This document shows positions 12,927 through 24,945 of a stretch of DNA of 64,000 nt, in pieces. The stretch comes from Chlorokybus atmophyticus (taxonomy: Eukaryota > Plantae > Mesostigma and Chlorokybus algae). Where the stretch lies: positions 23,480-87,479 of the forward strand of contig RHPI01003603.1 of NCBI GenBank assembly GCA_009103225.1, given 5' to 3'. The notes under the pieces are model-generated. The model was not told where the DNA came from. It saw only the letters and a program-made list of their open reading frames with translations, and made no database searches. Made by a program: the position numbers and the translations under genes. Positions within the stretch are counted from its first letter, which is position 1; the number at the start of each line of letters is the position of its first letter.

Positions 12927-13749
12927 TCAAGGCAGAGCAATGGGGATAACACCCACAGGGAGGATTCCACCCACGATAGTGGTAGGCTGGCACAGGTTGT
13001 TGAGGAGTCCCACAAGGATCTTCACCTGACCAATCTTGGTTGGGAGATGCTCTGTGATCTCGCAGATGGAGGACGTGAGCATGTCGGCGGGGGGAACGCT
13101 GACGTTGACAATGATGTTGCCAGCAATCTCAGCGATACAGTTGCACTTGTTGGTGATGAGGATGTGGCTGATGGTGAGCTCCAGACCGATGCAAGCGTTG
13201 ACGGTGGTGCTACCAGTGGTGAGGAGCTTGCGGCCACTAACGAGGTCCACATTGACGAGGGCAGCCTGCACAACAAGGAGAGAACGGCACAAGTAAGATA
13301 GACATCCTGAACGGAGAATGTGTGTGTGGGCGGGTGGGTGAGTGCTACTCACCACGAAGAGTGTGCAGGGCAGGTTGTTGATGCCTTTGCTGGGCACTGT
13401 GCAGAAGCCGTTGATGGACACGAGGCCGCTGACACCGATCTTGAAGGGCTTCACCTTGGCGAGCTGTTGACAGGGAGTACAACAGCAAGAAGTAAGCACA
13501 CCACCGTTGGCATTGCATCACCAGCTGAAGAACACATACTACACACATGCATGCATGCGTGATTACCACGAAGGTGAGGAGCTCGTTGTCGCAGGTGACT
13601 TTAGGGGCACCGATGCGTAGGCCGAGGTCGATGTCGATGGTGATATCGGCCTCGATGTCGATGCAGTTGGGGAGAGTGGCTGTCGCGGTGCTGCAGACCG
13701 CGAGCAGAGCCACGCACAGAAGAAGAACACCAGCACCCTGGCGAGCCAT
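12927..13749 (-). CDS. Secreted Cys-rich, aliphatic-rich protein of unknown function (3 coding exons; possible BPI/TULIP-like fold)
   Basis: Signal peptide MARQGAGVLLLCVALLAVCSTATA. Phase-0 GT-AG joins ...ELLTFV|LAKVKPF...LPCTLFV|AALVNVDL... read open to the stop at 12927. Confidence 0.8.
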
Positions 13750-14092
13750 GGCTGGAGGAGACACTTACTGCCACACGCGATCGCAGAACTTTCAGTCAGT
13801 GAGCCAGTCAGTGGCTGTGCTTGTTGCATGCATGCAATGTGAAGCAATCTCAATCCACAGTGCCGTACTATACAGTGTGGCACTGTGCATGCAAGCACTG
13901 CTGCACACATTGCTGTCACATGCACACACTAGCGCAGTCCTCACCACAACACTGGCACAAATCCTTCTCACATTTTCTCACCTGTAATACACAGGAGAGG
14001 AGGAAGGCTAGGAAGACCCCACAGAAGTACTGCCTAGCAGCGATCAACTGCGAGACTGAAGACTCCTGTCACAAACGTCGCACGCGGCTCCC

Positions 14093-14099
14093 TTATATA
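14093..14099 (-). promoter_or_regulatory. TATA box (TATATAA) of the secreted-protein gene
   Basis: It lies ~345 bp upstream of the ATG, ahead of a likely 5'UTR intron donor (tacag|gtgag near 13982). Confidence 0.5.
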
Positions 14100-14504
14100 T
14101 CTATCCGTCTCCAGCTACAAGAAGATTTTCTGTAGCCCTGTAGCCTCACGTCTCCAGCTGCGTTGGCAAAATCCTGCAAAGTGTTTCATTTTGTAATATA
14201 AGATATATTATCCAGGCATCAGTACAAAGCATCAAGTAGCGTGCGTGAATGTACGGCGAGTCGTGATGCGCGGGCCCTGCAGTGCAGCGCGCAGCAGGTT
14301 GGCCCTAGTTCATTACGGCGCGGAAGAGCCCAGCAACTGCGCGCCGAAAGCAGATACGAATCCACTTGCACGGATACCTCGTCTACGGAGTCACGTTTTT
14401 GGCTACTCGTACGGCCTACGCAGCCGTTGCTGACAGTACAAGTCCACAGGAGATGTTGAGACAATAGTGTGATGTCATGTTACCATTACCATAAGGGCTT
14501 CGCC

Positions 14505-15036
14505 TACTACCTACCCCCGTTACTCGGGGGTATTACCTGCCACGTCATCCTAAGATGACGTGGCAGATGACGTGGCAGATGACAAGTAAAGTAGGGTGAT
14601 GTACCTAGGGCAAGACAATTGCATGGCACTGCATGAACAATTGACATTTGAAACCGCGAAGGCTTTTGTGTAAAGACATGAAAAACAATATACTCATATT
14701 ATATAGTTTGTTTTTAACTTCTCAAGCAACATTCGTGTGTGTATGTACTTGAGTACGATAGTTGACGATAAATTTTAAACAGCATTACGCAAGTAATGTG
14801 TTACGTGCTGCAAAGAAACCTGACAGCCAGTCCTTACGTACGATATCATTTCGTCAGAACTACGCATGTTTTGTATATGTCTATACGGGTGTACAACTGG
14901 GTAAAGGTTTACACAACGTGCATGCCCTACTTTACTTGCATTGGCATTGCAGTTGCTGCAATTGATGTGCAAATATGCATTGTGCATTATATGTACGCAA
15001 GATACAAGCATAAGCATTGATATATGGTAGGTAGTA
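14505..15036. mobile_element. Possible Stowaway-like MITE
   Basis: TA|CTACCTACC (14505-14515) and GGTAGGTAG|TA (15026-15036) form a 9-bp TIR with a TA duplication around an AT-rich noncoding interior containing hairpins. The TIR is short, so support is weak. Confidence 0.35.
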
Positions 15037-15568
15037 CATACTACCTCCTCACTACTTATGTACCAGAATTGGTATGTACTTCATACACACATGGTTCATA
15101 AGCCATGTTAGCACTTGTAAACTGTATCCCCATCATCATTATGTAATAAACGCGATATGTTTTAATTGTAGCCAATTAAATTTATCAGATCGTTTAGTTT
15201 ATAATAGCACAGCTACAAACATGTTAACACCTCCTCACAGCATGCCTTGGGGTGCAATGCAATGCAATTACTGTGTACATTATGCATGCAATGTTTAGCA
15301 TGCATGTTGCTTGTTAATAAACTCCATCCAATTTATGGGGCTTGAAAAGCCCAAGTTCAATTTAAGCCCCTACCCATTTTTATGGAAAGGGGCCTGTATT
15401 CGATGGTACATGAGTGGGGTCATGCTAGGCTCAGCAGAAGCGGCTGGTAGTTGAGCGAGTTGAACCAACAACAAGGTAACTTTTTTCATCAAATAATGCC
15501 ACATGGCAAAATGGCCCGCAATGTGGGGCTTGGAGGAAGGGGGTTTGCCTGGTGGGGTGGGGGTGGGG

Positions 15569-15679
15569 NNNNNNNNNNNNNNNNNNNNNNNNNNNNNNNN
15601 NNNNNNNNNNNNNNNNNNNNNNNNNNNNNNNNNNNNNNNNNNNNNNNNNNNNNNNNNNNNNNNNNNNNNNNNNNNNNNN
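15569..15679. other. Assembly gap (N run) flanked by G homopolymers
   Basis: Directly visible. Other Ns occur at 1627 and 32355-32364. Confidence 0.99.
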
Positions 15680-16434
15680 GGGGGGGGGGGGGGGGAGTAA
15701 GTCAATAAATTGAATGTGATAACAAGCAAGCTACAGATTTTTTAATAAGTTTTGTGCAACAAATACACATAACCTGTTTATATTATTAAGGCATATTGTG
15801 CATGCCATAACAGACGCGTTGTGCATAAAGCTATCATTTAAGGTTTTTCTTTAAGAGTAACCTTGTTTTTTCGCGTTCAGTGTTAAATTTGGTTTGCATT
15901 ATGCTTAAGTTTTGCTCGTTTTGTAAGGTGCTTGATAACAAATGTTGATGTTTTTACTTTTCGAATCGGAAGAATTCCTTATTCACAGCCACTTAACCAC
16001 CCCCGTCGCTGCAAAGTATGTAAACAAAAAACCTGGTCAGCACCTAGCATCCACGTGGCAACATTTACGGCTGACAATATGCACTTGATTTTTACTTTAT
16101 AATTAGAGTCTTATTGACTGCGACTCCAACTCTCTACAATCACATCAATTTACATTTTCAAAATTACACATAAGTTATGTGTGATTTGCAATATGAGTGA
16201 CTACGATCACCAAGCATTGGTTGATAGCGGCCACCGTGGTATCGCATGGCTGTTGAGATTGGCACATCATGCACACCGATGTCATCACTATGTTGAAGGC
16301 ACGTCTCTACTACTATAGCTAACTAGAATCAAATTTACGCTTTCTTATCTTGCTAACTTTGATTTGGGGTATCATACATCTGCAAAGTAAAGCTAGCAAA
16401 CAAACCAACTTAGCATGGCCTAATGCCACTATCT

Positions 16435-18899
16435 CTAAGCGAGGTTCACTTGCCGCGAAAGCTTCTCTTCTCGCGCGTGCAATGCCATGAGAAATTCCAG
16501 CCTCGCCACTATCTCAACTGCGAGCGCACCACTCGTCATGACCAGAGTCAGTAGCAGCAATCATGAACAAGTGTTACACACAACCGTAATGTGATGCGGA
16601 GCGTACCGCAGTCATCTTGTGTGGCAGTGATGAGTGTGTACGCGCGGCCGTCGCGGTAAACGATGCGCACGGCCGCTGTCGGCGCACCCACCATCCCCGC
16701 AAATAGCACGTCTGATATTGCTCTCGACCTCTGTATGACAATAAGAAGCATGATAAGCAGTATACATGTACCAGTTGTAACATGGTCTCTGCGCTACGAT
16801 CATAATCGGGTTGTTTACACATATGCAACCGTATGCGCACTCACGCGCACACACACGCGCACATACATGGACTGGCAGTCTCTGGCATTTGTACGAGTGT
16901 ACGACAACGCATGTGCACGCCCACGTACCCGTTTCACACCATGCTTTCTCTGCTTGGCAATGAACTGCGCCAGCTTGCTATTGCCAGCTCCTTCCCTGAG
17001 CGAGACATCATCCCATTCATAGTTAGTCGTCTCTTCAGAACACGTTGTGTCTTTGGTGATGATGTGTCGCGCACCTTCTCTGCAGGTTGTATACTTTGTC
17101 TCTGTCGATGCCCATGATGCGCGGCTGCCGCGTGCCGTGAACGTTCTCCTTTACCACCTCCCATTCCTATACAACCTTGTCTCATGACCCGTTGCTTATG
17201 AGAAAGCGCATTCTGTACCAGTTGTACCAATTCACACACACGCACGCACAGCGACAAACAGGCGCACGCGCATGCATCCACACCCACCCTCACCAATACA
17301 CCCATACACCCACACGCACACGCGCACGTGCCCAAGTGCACACACATAAGCACAGCACACCATCCGCAAACAAACCTTATACGCTCCCGCCGTTGCTTCT
17401 GTGAACTGAAACCTCAAACTGAGCTCCATTTCCTTCTGTGCAACGTTGCCCACACTGACAGGCACAACTGCAGACAAGAAGACACACCAACAGTCACACC
17501 ACAATACCTCATCAGCCACATGACAAGCGTATACTCTTTCCCTGCCAAGCACCTGGGCGAGGGGACAAGTAGAGCGTATTGACATCCAGTGCGTGTAGCG
17601 GTGTCTTGTTGTGCAGACTCACTCGCTCGCTCGTGCCGGGACCGTAAGACAACACGTGATCGGCCGCGGAGAAACCCATCTTGTCAAGCACCTGTTACCA
17701 TGCACATGAGCTTCATGAATTTCATCACAATGAGTGATACAACAACATTACCTCGCCCAGTGTGCCGTCCATTGGATGCTTCGTGCGTATCAGCTGCGTG
17801 TTGGCTTGTGTTGATGTTGTGTCGTTGCTGCTTGGGATGACTATCTTCAGCTCCATGTTACGGGCCGGAGGCGAGGACGCTAGTTCAACCGAGCCTCCAA
17901 TGCTGTTGTCATCATCTTCAAACTGATGTTTATCATCTTCTTTCTTCTCTTCTTGTTTTGTTTCATGTGTATCACTTTTAGCGCTTGTGCTCTCGCGTGG
18001 TGTCGCCTTTGGGCTGTTGTTGCGCCCAACACAGCAGAGCGCAAAGGTGTCCACTCCAAAAGTGGCCACCTTCTCGCCTTCACTCAAAGCTGCTCAAACC
18101 AACATGCGTTGTGACTTCTCATCTCCGCATGGATTGCACAGACAAAGTAAGCGCTTGCAAGCGCACGCCCGCGTGTTCGCATTACATGTGCATCACGCTC
18201 TCACAGGCACGCACGCACGCACGCACAGAGGGAGAGACAGACTCGTGCACACACGCACACGCATGCCAACCCCCTTCTCACCCGGTAAGTCCATATCCGG
18301 CCCCTCTCCCTCCGCCATCCTCAGCTCCCACCTCATCTCCCCGACATCCCCCTCGCCAACTCCACCACCATCAACAACACTGCTTCCCCTCTGCCTGGCC
18401 AGCGCGGCCGTCGCGAGGGCGATGACGTCCGCGACCCGCGCGGCCGCGTGCGTGGAGAGAGAGAGAGGCGGAGAAGCAGAGGGGGAGGAGGGGAGGTTGC
18501 ATACGAGGAGTCTCAAGCGAAGGGCCTGTGTTGTGGGTATGTTGTTTGCTGCATGGTACTCATGAGTTGGTATGCAACAGTGCCGCGTTGATACACTGTG
18601 GCAGTTCTTGCCTGTGAGTGCTGTTTGAGTTGGGCGCAGAGGGCGGAAGTCGCTTTGGTTCTGGTGGTGGGACTTTTGGGGAACAACAGTGCTGGTGATG
18701 CCGGTGATGATGATGGTTGTTGTTGTTGTTGCGTGTTGCTGCTGCTGTTCTCATCAACAGCACCTTCGTTGTCCTGGTCATTGCTGTTCTTGTCCTTGTC
18801 GTCGTTGTGCTCCTCCTGCTCGTTGGCGATGGCGGCTGCCTCGAGGGCCGCCAGGTCCAGGCGCACGGGCCGGCGCTCACGCGGAGACAGAGGCTCCAT
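16435..18899 (-). CDS. SIN1: SIN1/MAPKAP1/Avo1-like TORC2 subunit homolog (CRIM + RBD-like + PH)
   Basis: Spliced CRIM signature ARVADVIALA...WELRMAEGEGPDMDLP|ALSEGEKVATFGVDTFALC. Ubiquitin-like stretch ELKIVIP...GTLGE|VLDKMGF...LHALDVNTLYL. PH signature TEATAGAYK|EWEVVKENVHGTRQPRIMGIDRDKVYN...RAISDV...VRIVY...YTLITATQDDC|VEIVARLEFL. Approximate exons: 18899-18612, 18525-18282, 18089-17752, 17691-17553, 17467-17376, 17166-17075, an uncertain segment, 16730-16607, 16517-16435. Confidence 0.88.
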
Positions 18900-20037
18900 G
18901 CACTGACACCATCCACATGATGAGCACCGTGATCACGCTGTTAAGGATGCGCTGTGATGTGCACCACAGTACAAACGTGCGGGAGAAGGTGTACATGTGT
19001 GACAACAGCACACAACGGTGTGCAACAGAGTGCAAGAACGTGCATGCAGATGACAATGGTGACACCACCACTCTCACCTGAGAGTGGTACCTGACTTGCC
19101 TGCCTCGCTCACACTCTGGTCTGGCCTGGTTGCTGCTCCGCCTGACTTGGCCTGGCCTGGCCTGGCAAGTGAGTCCAGCGCTAGCTAACGTAACGTAAAC
19201 TTGGTTAAGGACTCGCCATGTAAACACAGTCACGAACGCGCGGGGTCGAGTTGAACCAAGCATCGACTGGAACACGTAACCTGATGCACGATAGTCACCG
19301 AGTTACAGCAGCATCGATCGTAACGCCGGTCAGAGTTTAACCGAGGTGCGTTCCAAAAGGTTCCGCGGTTAAACGAGGGTCTCCTCCTTAGCTAACGTAT
19401 GGTCGTCGACCTAACTACAGTACGTGCAATCTTGCAGTTTTGAGGTCCCTACCGTAGCGTAAAACCAAAAGCCAGTGAACCTGCTGCACTGGAAGGGTGT
19501 TTGTGATGCATACTTCGCGCTTTTGGTACATGTGCCTGCTGTACTAACTATACTGGCACCGTAGTTCTGAACCTGTGCTGCTATCTGACTGTGCTTTGCT
19601 GGAAAAGCAGCAAGCCATCCGTGTGAGGAGTGTCCGAGGCATCAATTGTGCCAGCATATTGCACATCCCACACTAGTGTCGCACGCGCCGGGGCGCGGGG
19701 TGCATTAACCACTGTTGTGTGGCGATAAACAACATGCTGTCACCACCCAACATGGACTCAATGCAATGTCCACAAACAGTAGCACAGAGCTGGCCAAGCC
19801 TGAGATGAAGCGTATGCTGATGTGGACACCACACACATGCCCGCACTCGGCTCCATCACTTGTGGGCCCCACAGCCATAATCACCTGAACATGTGCGGGA
19901 TCTGATTGGTAAAGTCAATGCATCACCACCATTAAGCATTGTATGGCACAACTCAACACATTTACAACGTGCAACGATTACACGCACACATGGGTGAGTC
20001 CCACACGACTAATGCAGCCAGTACAGAGCAAAACACT

Positions 20038-22258
20038 TCAGCTCCAACCGAGTAGCCGCCAGAGAGGGTTTACAAACATCCGCCTCACAACACCACTCTG
20101 CTCTGATGATTCCGCTGATTCAGATGATGCCGCGGGAACGCTCCGCTGTTCTTGCGCAAAAACGCCAGTGAACATCTTCTTCTGCTCCAACCGGGCTTCA
20201 GCCTCCTCCTGTAAGGACACACGCCCATACATAAAGAAGGTCAGCAATGACAACCAAGTTTGACACTCAAACACTTACACATGTGCGCACGCACGCGATC
20301 TTGAGCACACGCACACACACATAGACACACAGCGTTTGCCAACACAATGACAGGCTCAACTCCACACTAAAGCACCAACCACACCTGTCTCAGGAGGTTC
20401 AGCTCCTCCCTTACGGCCGCATCCTTTGGCTGTAGTCTAGCCGCTTCCACGATATCCTCTCTCGCTCCCACACTATTTCCCATCAGCCTGCGCGCCCTCC
20501 CCCTCCTAAACATCGCCTTGGCATTCGTGCCATCGCCCGCCAACACCTAACATTACACACATTCAACACACCACCACCACCACCACAAACACCAATCCCA
20601 ACTATCCCGACTCACCATTGAGCATAAGGCGACAGCCTGGTCGTACTCCCCGAGCTTCGTGTGGCACGCGGCGAGGTTGAGGGCGCACGGCACCCGCACG
20701 GCGTTGGCTTGGTCGATGTGGGGGCCGTAGAGTTGTATCATGAGGTCGTCGTCGAGGTAGCTCAGCGCCTGGGACATGTAATGGTCAGGGGAATCCTTAT
20801 GTAACAATGCACAAACACCCACTCACTATTTGGTATTGCTCGGAGGCGGCGGGAAGGTGGTTGGCTTGGAACAGCTGGTTGCCGCGGTGGCGACGCGCGT
20901 CTGCGGCGGACACGCGCTCTTCGAACGTCATCGCGCTGCGGTCTTTCCTCTGCGATTGGCACATGTTAGACTCATGCAGTATGTTAGTGTTGGGTATGCA
21001 TTACAACTGCTGGTGTAGAGCATGCATGGTAACTACAACACTTACAAATAATACAGAAAGATGCTACAACTGCTGATGTAGAGCATATCAACTATAACAC
21101 TTACAATAAAGTACAACGATACACGTGCACGTGCGCGCGCATGCGCGCATACCCACATACCCACACCCACGCGTGCACACGCAAGTACGCGCACCTCATC
21201 CACAGGATCAAACCCCAGCATCTGCACCAGATACACTAACTCCGCGTCCGGCGCAACGTGCGGGAAGGAGAAGTTCCCGGCGGGGCCGTACGCGTACTCC
21301 GGCTTCACTCGCAGGAGGGCGTGCTCGCCGGGGAGCATGGTCGCCACGCCCAACGCGAGACCCCTCAGGTGACGCGGATGGGGTGGATGTGGATTGATGG
21401 CTGGTGTTGATGATGGTGGTGATGGAGAGGAGGTGGGTGGGGTTGATGTGTCTGCTGATCCTGCTGTTCTGGCAAAGGGCGGCACAAATAATACAAATAT
21501 ACACATGAAAACACCAAGTGAGCGATGGTATGCAGAAAGACACGTCATGCATGCATGCATGCGCGTTGCAACACGCATGGGACACGCATGCAGCTTGGAA
21601 ATGCCACGCGTGCATGCGTAACAGGACGATGCCATTGCGAGCTCCCAGAAATACACATTGCAACAAAAGGAAAACCAGGACTGTCGCCCAACATTCCATG
21701 CGAGAGCAAACAAATGGGCACAGTGCGACAACGTCGATGGAGGCAGCTGTAATGACCATTGCAGCAACAGTCGAAAATGTCACTGCCTCGCTTCAGCAAA
21801 ACCTGCATAACGGGCGTAGTTGAACGATGCTAGACTATATGAAGGGGCTCACCACCATCCTCGGTACTGGCTCCAGCGTCTATCCTAATCTCCACCGGTT
21901 GGTTGCTCCCCCACGTATCCTCCACCAACTCTCTCCCCTCCACCTCCCACACCCTATAGTGCACGTAGCAGGCGTCTCCTGGGCCAGGGGGTACCCTACC
22001 AGGCGTGCCCTTCGCCAGCACTCGCTTGAGCACCGAGCCGTCAGCGAGGGAGACGGGGAAGGAGGCCAGGTCGTCGGCGTCGGGGGGGTAGGCTGTGGGC
22101 GAGGGGGAGGGGGCGGAAGGGGCAGCTGGCATGGAGGCGAAGGGGCAGCCGCCGGAGGCGGAGGCGGAGGCGGAGGAGGCAAAGGGGCAGGCGGAGGAGG
22201 AGGGGAGAGTGGCTTCCTCCTCCGCCTGATCCGCCATTGACATAAACGGGCACGCCAT
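20038..22258 (-). CDS. FKBP42: FKBP42/TWISTED DWARF1-like immunophilin (FKBP domain + 3 TPR)
   Basis: FKBP fold (VLKRVLAKG...CYVHYR...GLALGVATMLPGEHALLRVKPEYAYG). TWD1-specific TPR block KDRSAMTFEERVSAADARRHRGNQLF...ALSYLDDDLMIQLYGPH...PCALNLAACHTKL...AKAMFRRGRAR...KKMFTGVF. Confidence 0.92.
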
Positions 22259-22398
22259 GATTGAAGAAGGGTCGTATCCGACGGCTCCCTGCTTGTGCTC
22301 CTTGCCCTTCTCCTCCTTCTCTCCTCCTCCTCCTCCGCCGCCGCCAATGGATTAGTTTTGCTTCACTTTTCTTGCTTCTCCGTCATCACGATATCGGT

Positions 22399-22490
22399 TG
22401 GGCCCAAGCTGGATATCAGTTCTCGCGCACCCTGAATCGAGCTATCACGTGACAAGCGCCCTTCCATCCCGAGCAAACGCGCCACGTGGC
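22399..22490. promoter_or_regulatory. Compact bidirectional promoter with GGGCCCA, TCACGTGA and GCCACGTGGC motifs
   Basis: These motifs fall in the ~305 bp between the divergent ATGs at 22258 (-) and 22564 (+). Function is inferred from plant site II and G-box consensus. Confidence 0.45.
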
Positions 22491-22563
22491 AGTCCGTGGT
22501 AAAGGCTCAGCGCTCTCCTCCTCCTCCTCCTCCTCCTGGCGGCCGTCCTCCTCCCCCCCACCG

Positions 22564-22746
22564 ATGGCTGCTGGCAAGTCCAGCGTCCGTGGCAGCAGCG
22601 CCGGAAGCGCCAGGACCGCTGGTGGCGGTAGTCGGCCTCCCTCGGCCGCCGGCCAGGCCGCCCCGGAGAGCCCCGCCGAGGAGATTGGGAAGCTGCGGGC
22701 GGAGGTGGCCAAGTTGAAGGAGGAGCTGGAGGCTAGTCAAGGTGGG

Positions 22747-22797
<51 letters not shown>

Positions 22798-24901
22798 CAG
22801 TGTGTTTGTTGACAAGTACACACGCTTGTGCGCGTGTTACGCAAATAGCGCTGGTGACATGTGTATACGTCAACGTATACACATGTAGGCAGCGCATGTA
22901 TTTGTGCAACACGTACACAAGCACTTATACTACTTACATTCACGTACATGTGTAGATTCGTATGCCATACGTATATAAAGATAAATATGTAGGTAAGTGC
23001 ACATACATAGGCGTGATAAGTGTACGGAGCACTTTTGTTTTATCATGTTCTGCATTGGTTCTTGTATTGTGTTTATTCCTCACCGCACGCAAGAGAAGTA
23101 CGAAGCAATATTGCACTCAATTGTGTTGCTTACAGCCTCTGTATGGCGTGCAGACCACAACGTTCTGACTCGGGTCAACAGCAAGGCAGGCCACAGCGGC
23201 AACGGCAAAACCACGCCAGTCAACGACCCCAACTCCACCGACGCACAGAAGCTCCGGGCCGCCCTCGACACGTGCAGAGAACTTCAAGACAAGGCACGCT
23301 TGAAAGAAGACACACGCATGCACGATAATGTGTATACACCCGCATAAACTCACCCATGCGCACATGCACTGATACATAGACTCATGCCTGTACACGCACA
23401 TGTGCCTGTAACACGGCTACAGACACGCGCGCATGTCTGCGCAACTGTCGCTGTGCGTGTGCGTGTGTGCGGTATGCACACATGTGGAGCGTGTGTATGT
23501 GCGCATGTCTACGCCCGCGCACGCACACACACTCTCAAACTCGCTCCCCCACCCACCCTCCCACGCAGCTCTCCAAGAAGTCCGACCTCAACCGCTCCCT
23601 CTCCGACTCCCTCTCCGCCCTAGACAGCGCCCACCACCGCGACACGCAATCCCTCCACACCGCCCACCGCGCCCAGCTGGCCGCGCTGGCGTCAGAGAAG
23701 CACGCCCTCGCCAACGCGCTGAGGGAGGCGGAGAGAGCGGGACAGGCTGAGGCCAACGCAGCGAGGGAGGCGGAGGGGAAGGCGCAGGCGAGAGCGAGGG
23801 CGGCGGAGGCGAGAGTGGAGGAGGTGGAGAGAAGAAGCAGAGTCGCGGACAGAGACCAGGAAGCCAAGGTGGGGGGAAAGGGGGAGGGGGAGGGGGAGGG
23901 GGTGGGGCATGTGCATGTGGTGCTATATATGTGAATGAACGCAGTGGGTCCTTCCGCACGCGTGCGCGCGTATGTGTCTCTCGTGTCACCATGTATGTGC
24001 ATACGAGTGCGCATATGTGTGCTTGTCGGCTGCAAGCGCGCGGCCCTTCGTACACTGCTGTTGTCGTCATGGTATTACTTTTATATAGTCTATGGTCTCA
24101 CTGTCCATACTGATACTCTATACGCTGCTTATGTGTGCTGCCCAACTTGCAGGAGCGGGAGGATGCGTTGAGGGAGCAGCTGGGGCGGGAGCACGCAGAG
24201 GCAATAAAGGCTGTCGAGAAGTCCAAACAGGTGCAGATTCACATTAGCGAACGGGTGCTTGACCCGGTCAGTACTGGCAGGACTGGCTGACTTTCTTCAT
24301 GACGACCAATTCAACACACACGCACACACATGCATGCACGCACTCACGCTCACACACGCACACCATACGTGCGCAGGAGTCTCTGGGCAACCTGCGCGCG
24401 CAGTGCGACTGCTTCCTGCGCAAGAAGCAGGGCGAGGTGGACGAGCTGAGGCGCGAGCTGGACGCCAACAAACGGGACTCGGCCGCGCGGCTGGACGCAC
24501 TGCAAGAAGTCAGTGTGATGCTGTGTCTCTCACAAATTGACCAACTTGACCGATCGACTGGTAAGATTGACCACTGTGGTCGGTTGGTTGTTGTTTGCAG
24601 GAGGTGGAGATGCTGCGGGACTATGCTGGCAAGCTTAGCCTGATAGTGGGTGAGTATGCAGCTGTTGGTGATAGAGTTGTCACTGTGATGCGGTGTGTCT
24701 ATGCGTGTATTGTGCACGCGCACACACACGCCAACGCACACATGTATGCAGCACTCACACTCCTCTTGTCTACAGAGAGGATGGAGAGCGGTGCGTACGT
24801 GACGCAGCAGCACTCGGGCATCAAGCGCTTCGTGGTTCCCGCCAAAGACAGACCACACACAGCCCTCTCACTCAAACTGCGCATCCGCCAGGCACACACG
24901 C

Positions 24902-24945
<44 letters not shown>

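Noticed and set aside
14494-14505. TAA|GGGC as a PIF/Harbinger terminus
   Set aside because: No matching inverted end was found in the window.
19335-19374. GTTTAACCG/CGGTTAAAC inverted repeat upstream of SIN1 as an ncRNA
   Set aside because: A 9-bp stem with a long loop and no recognisable RNA family; at most a pair of MYB-like sites.
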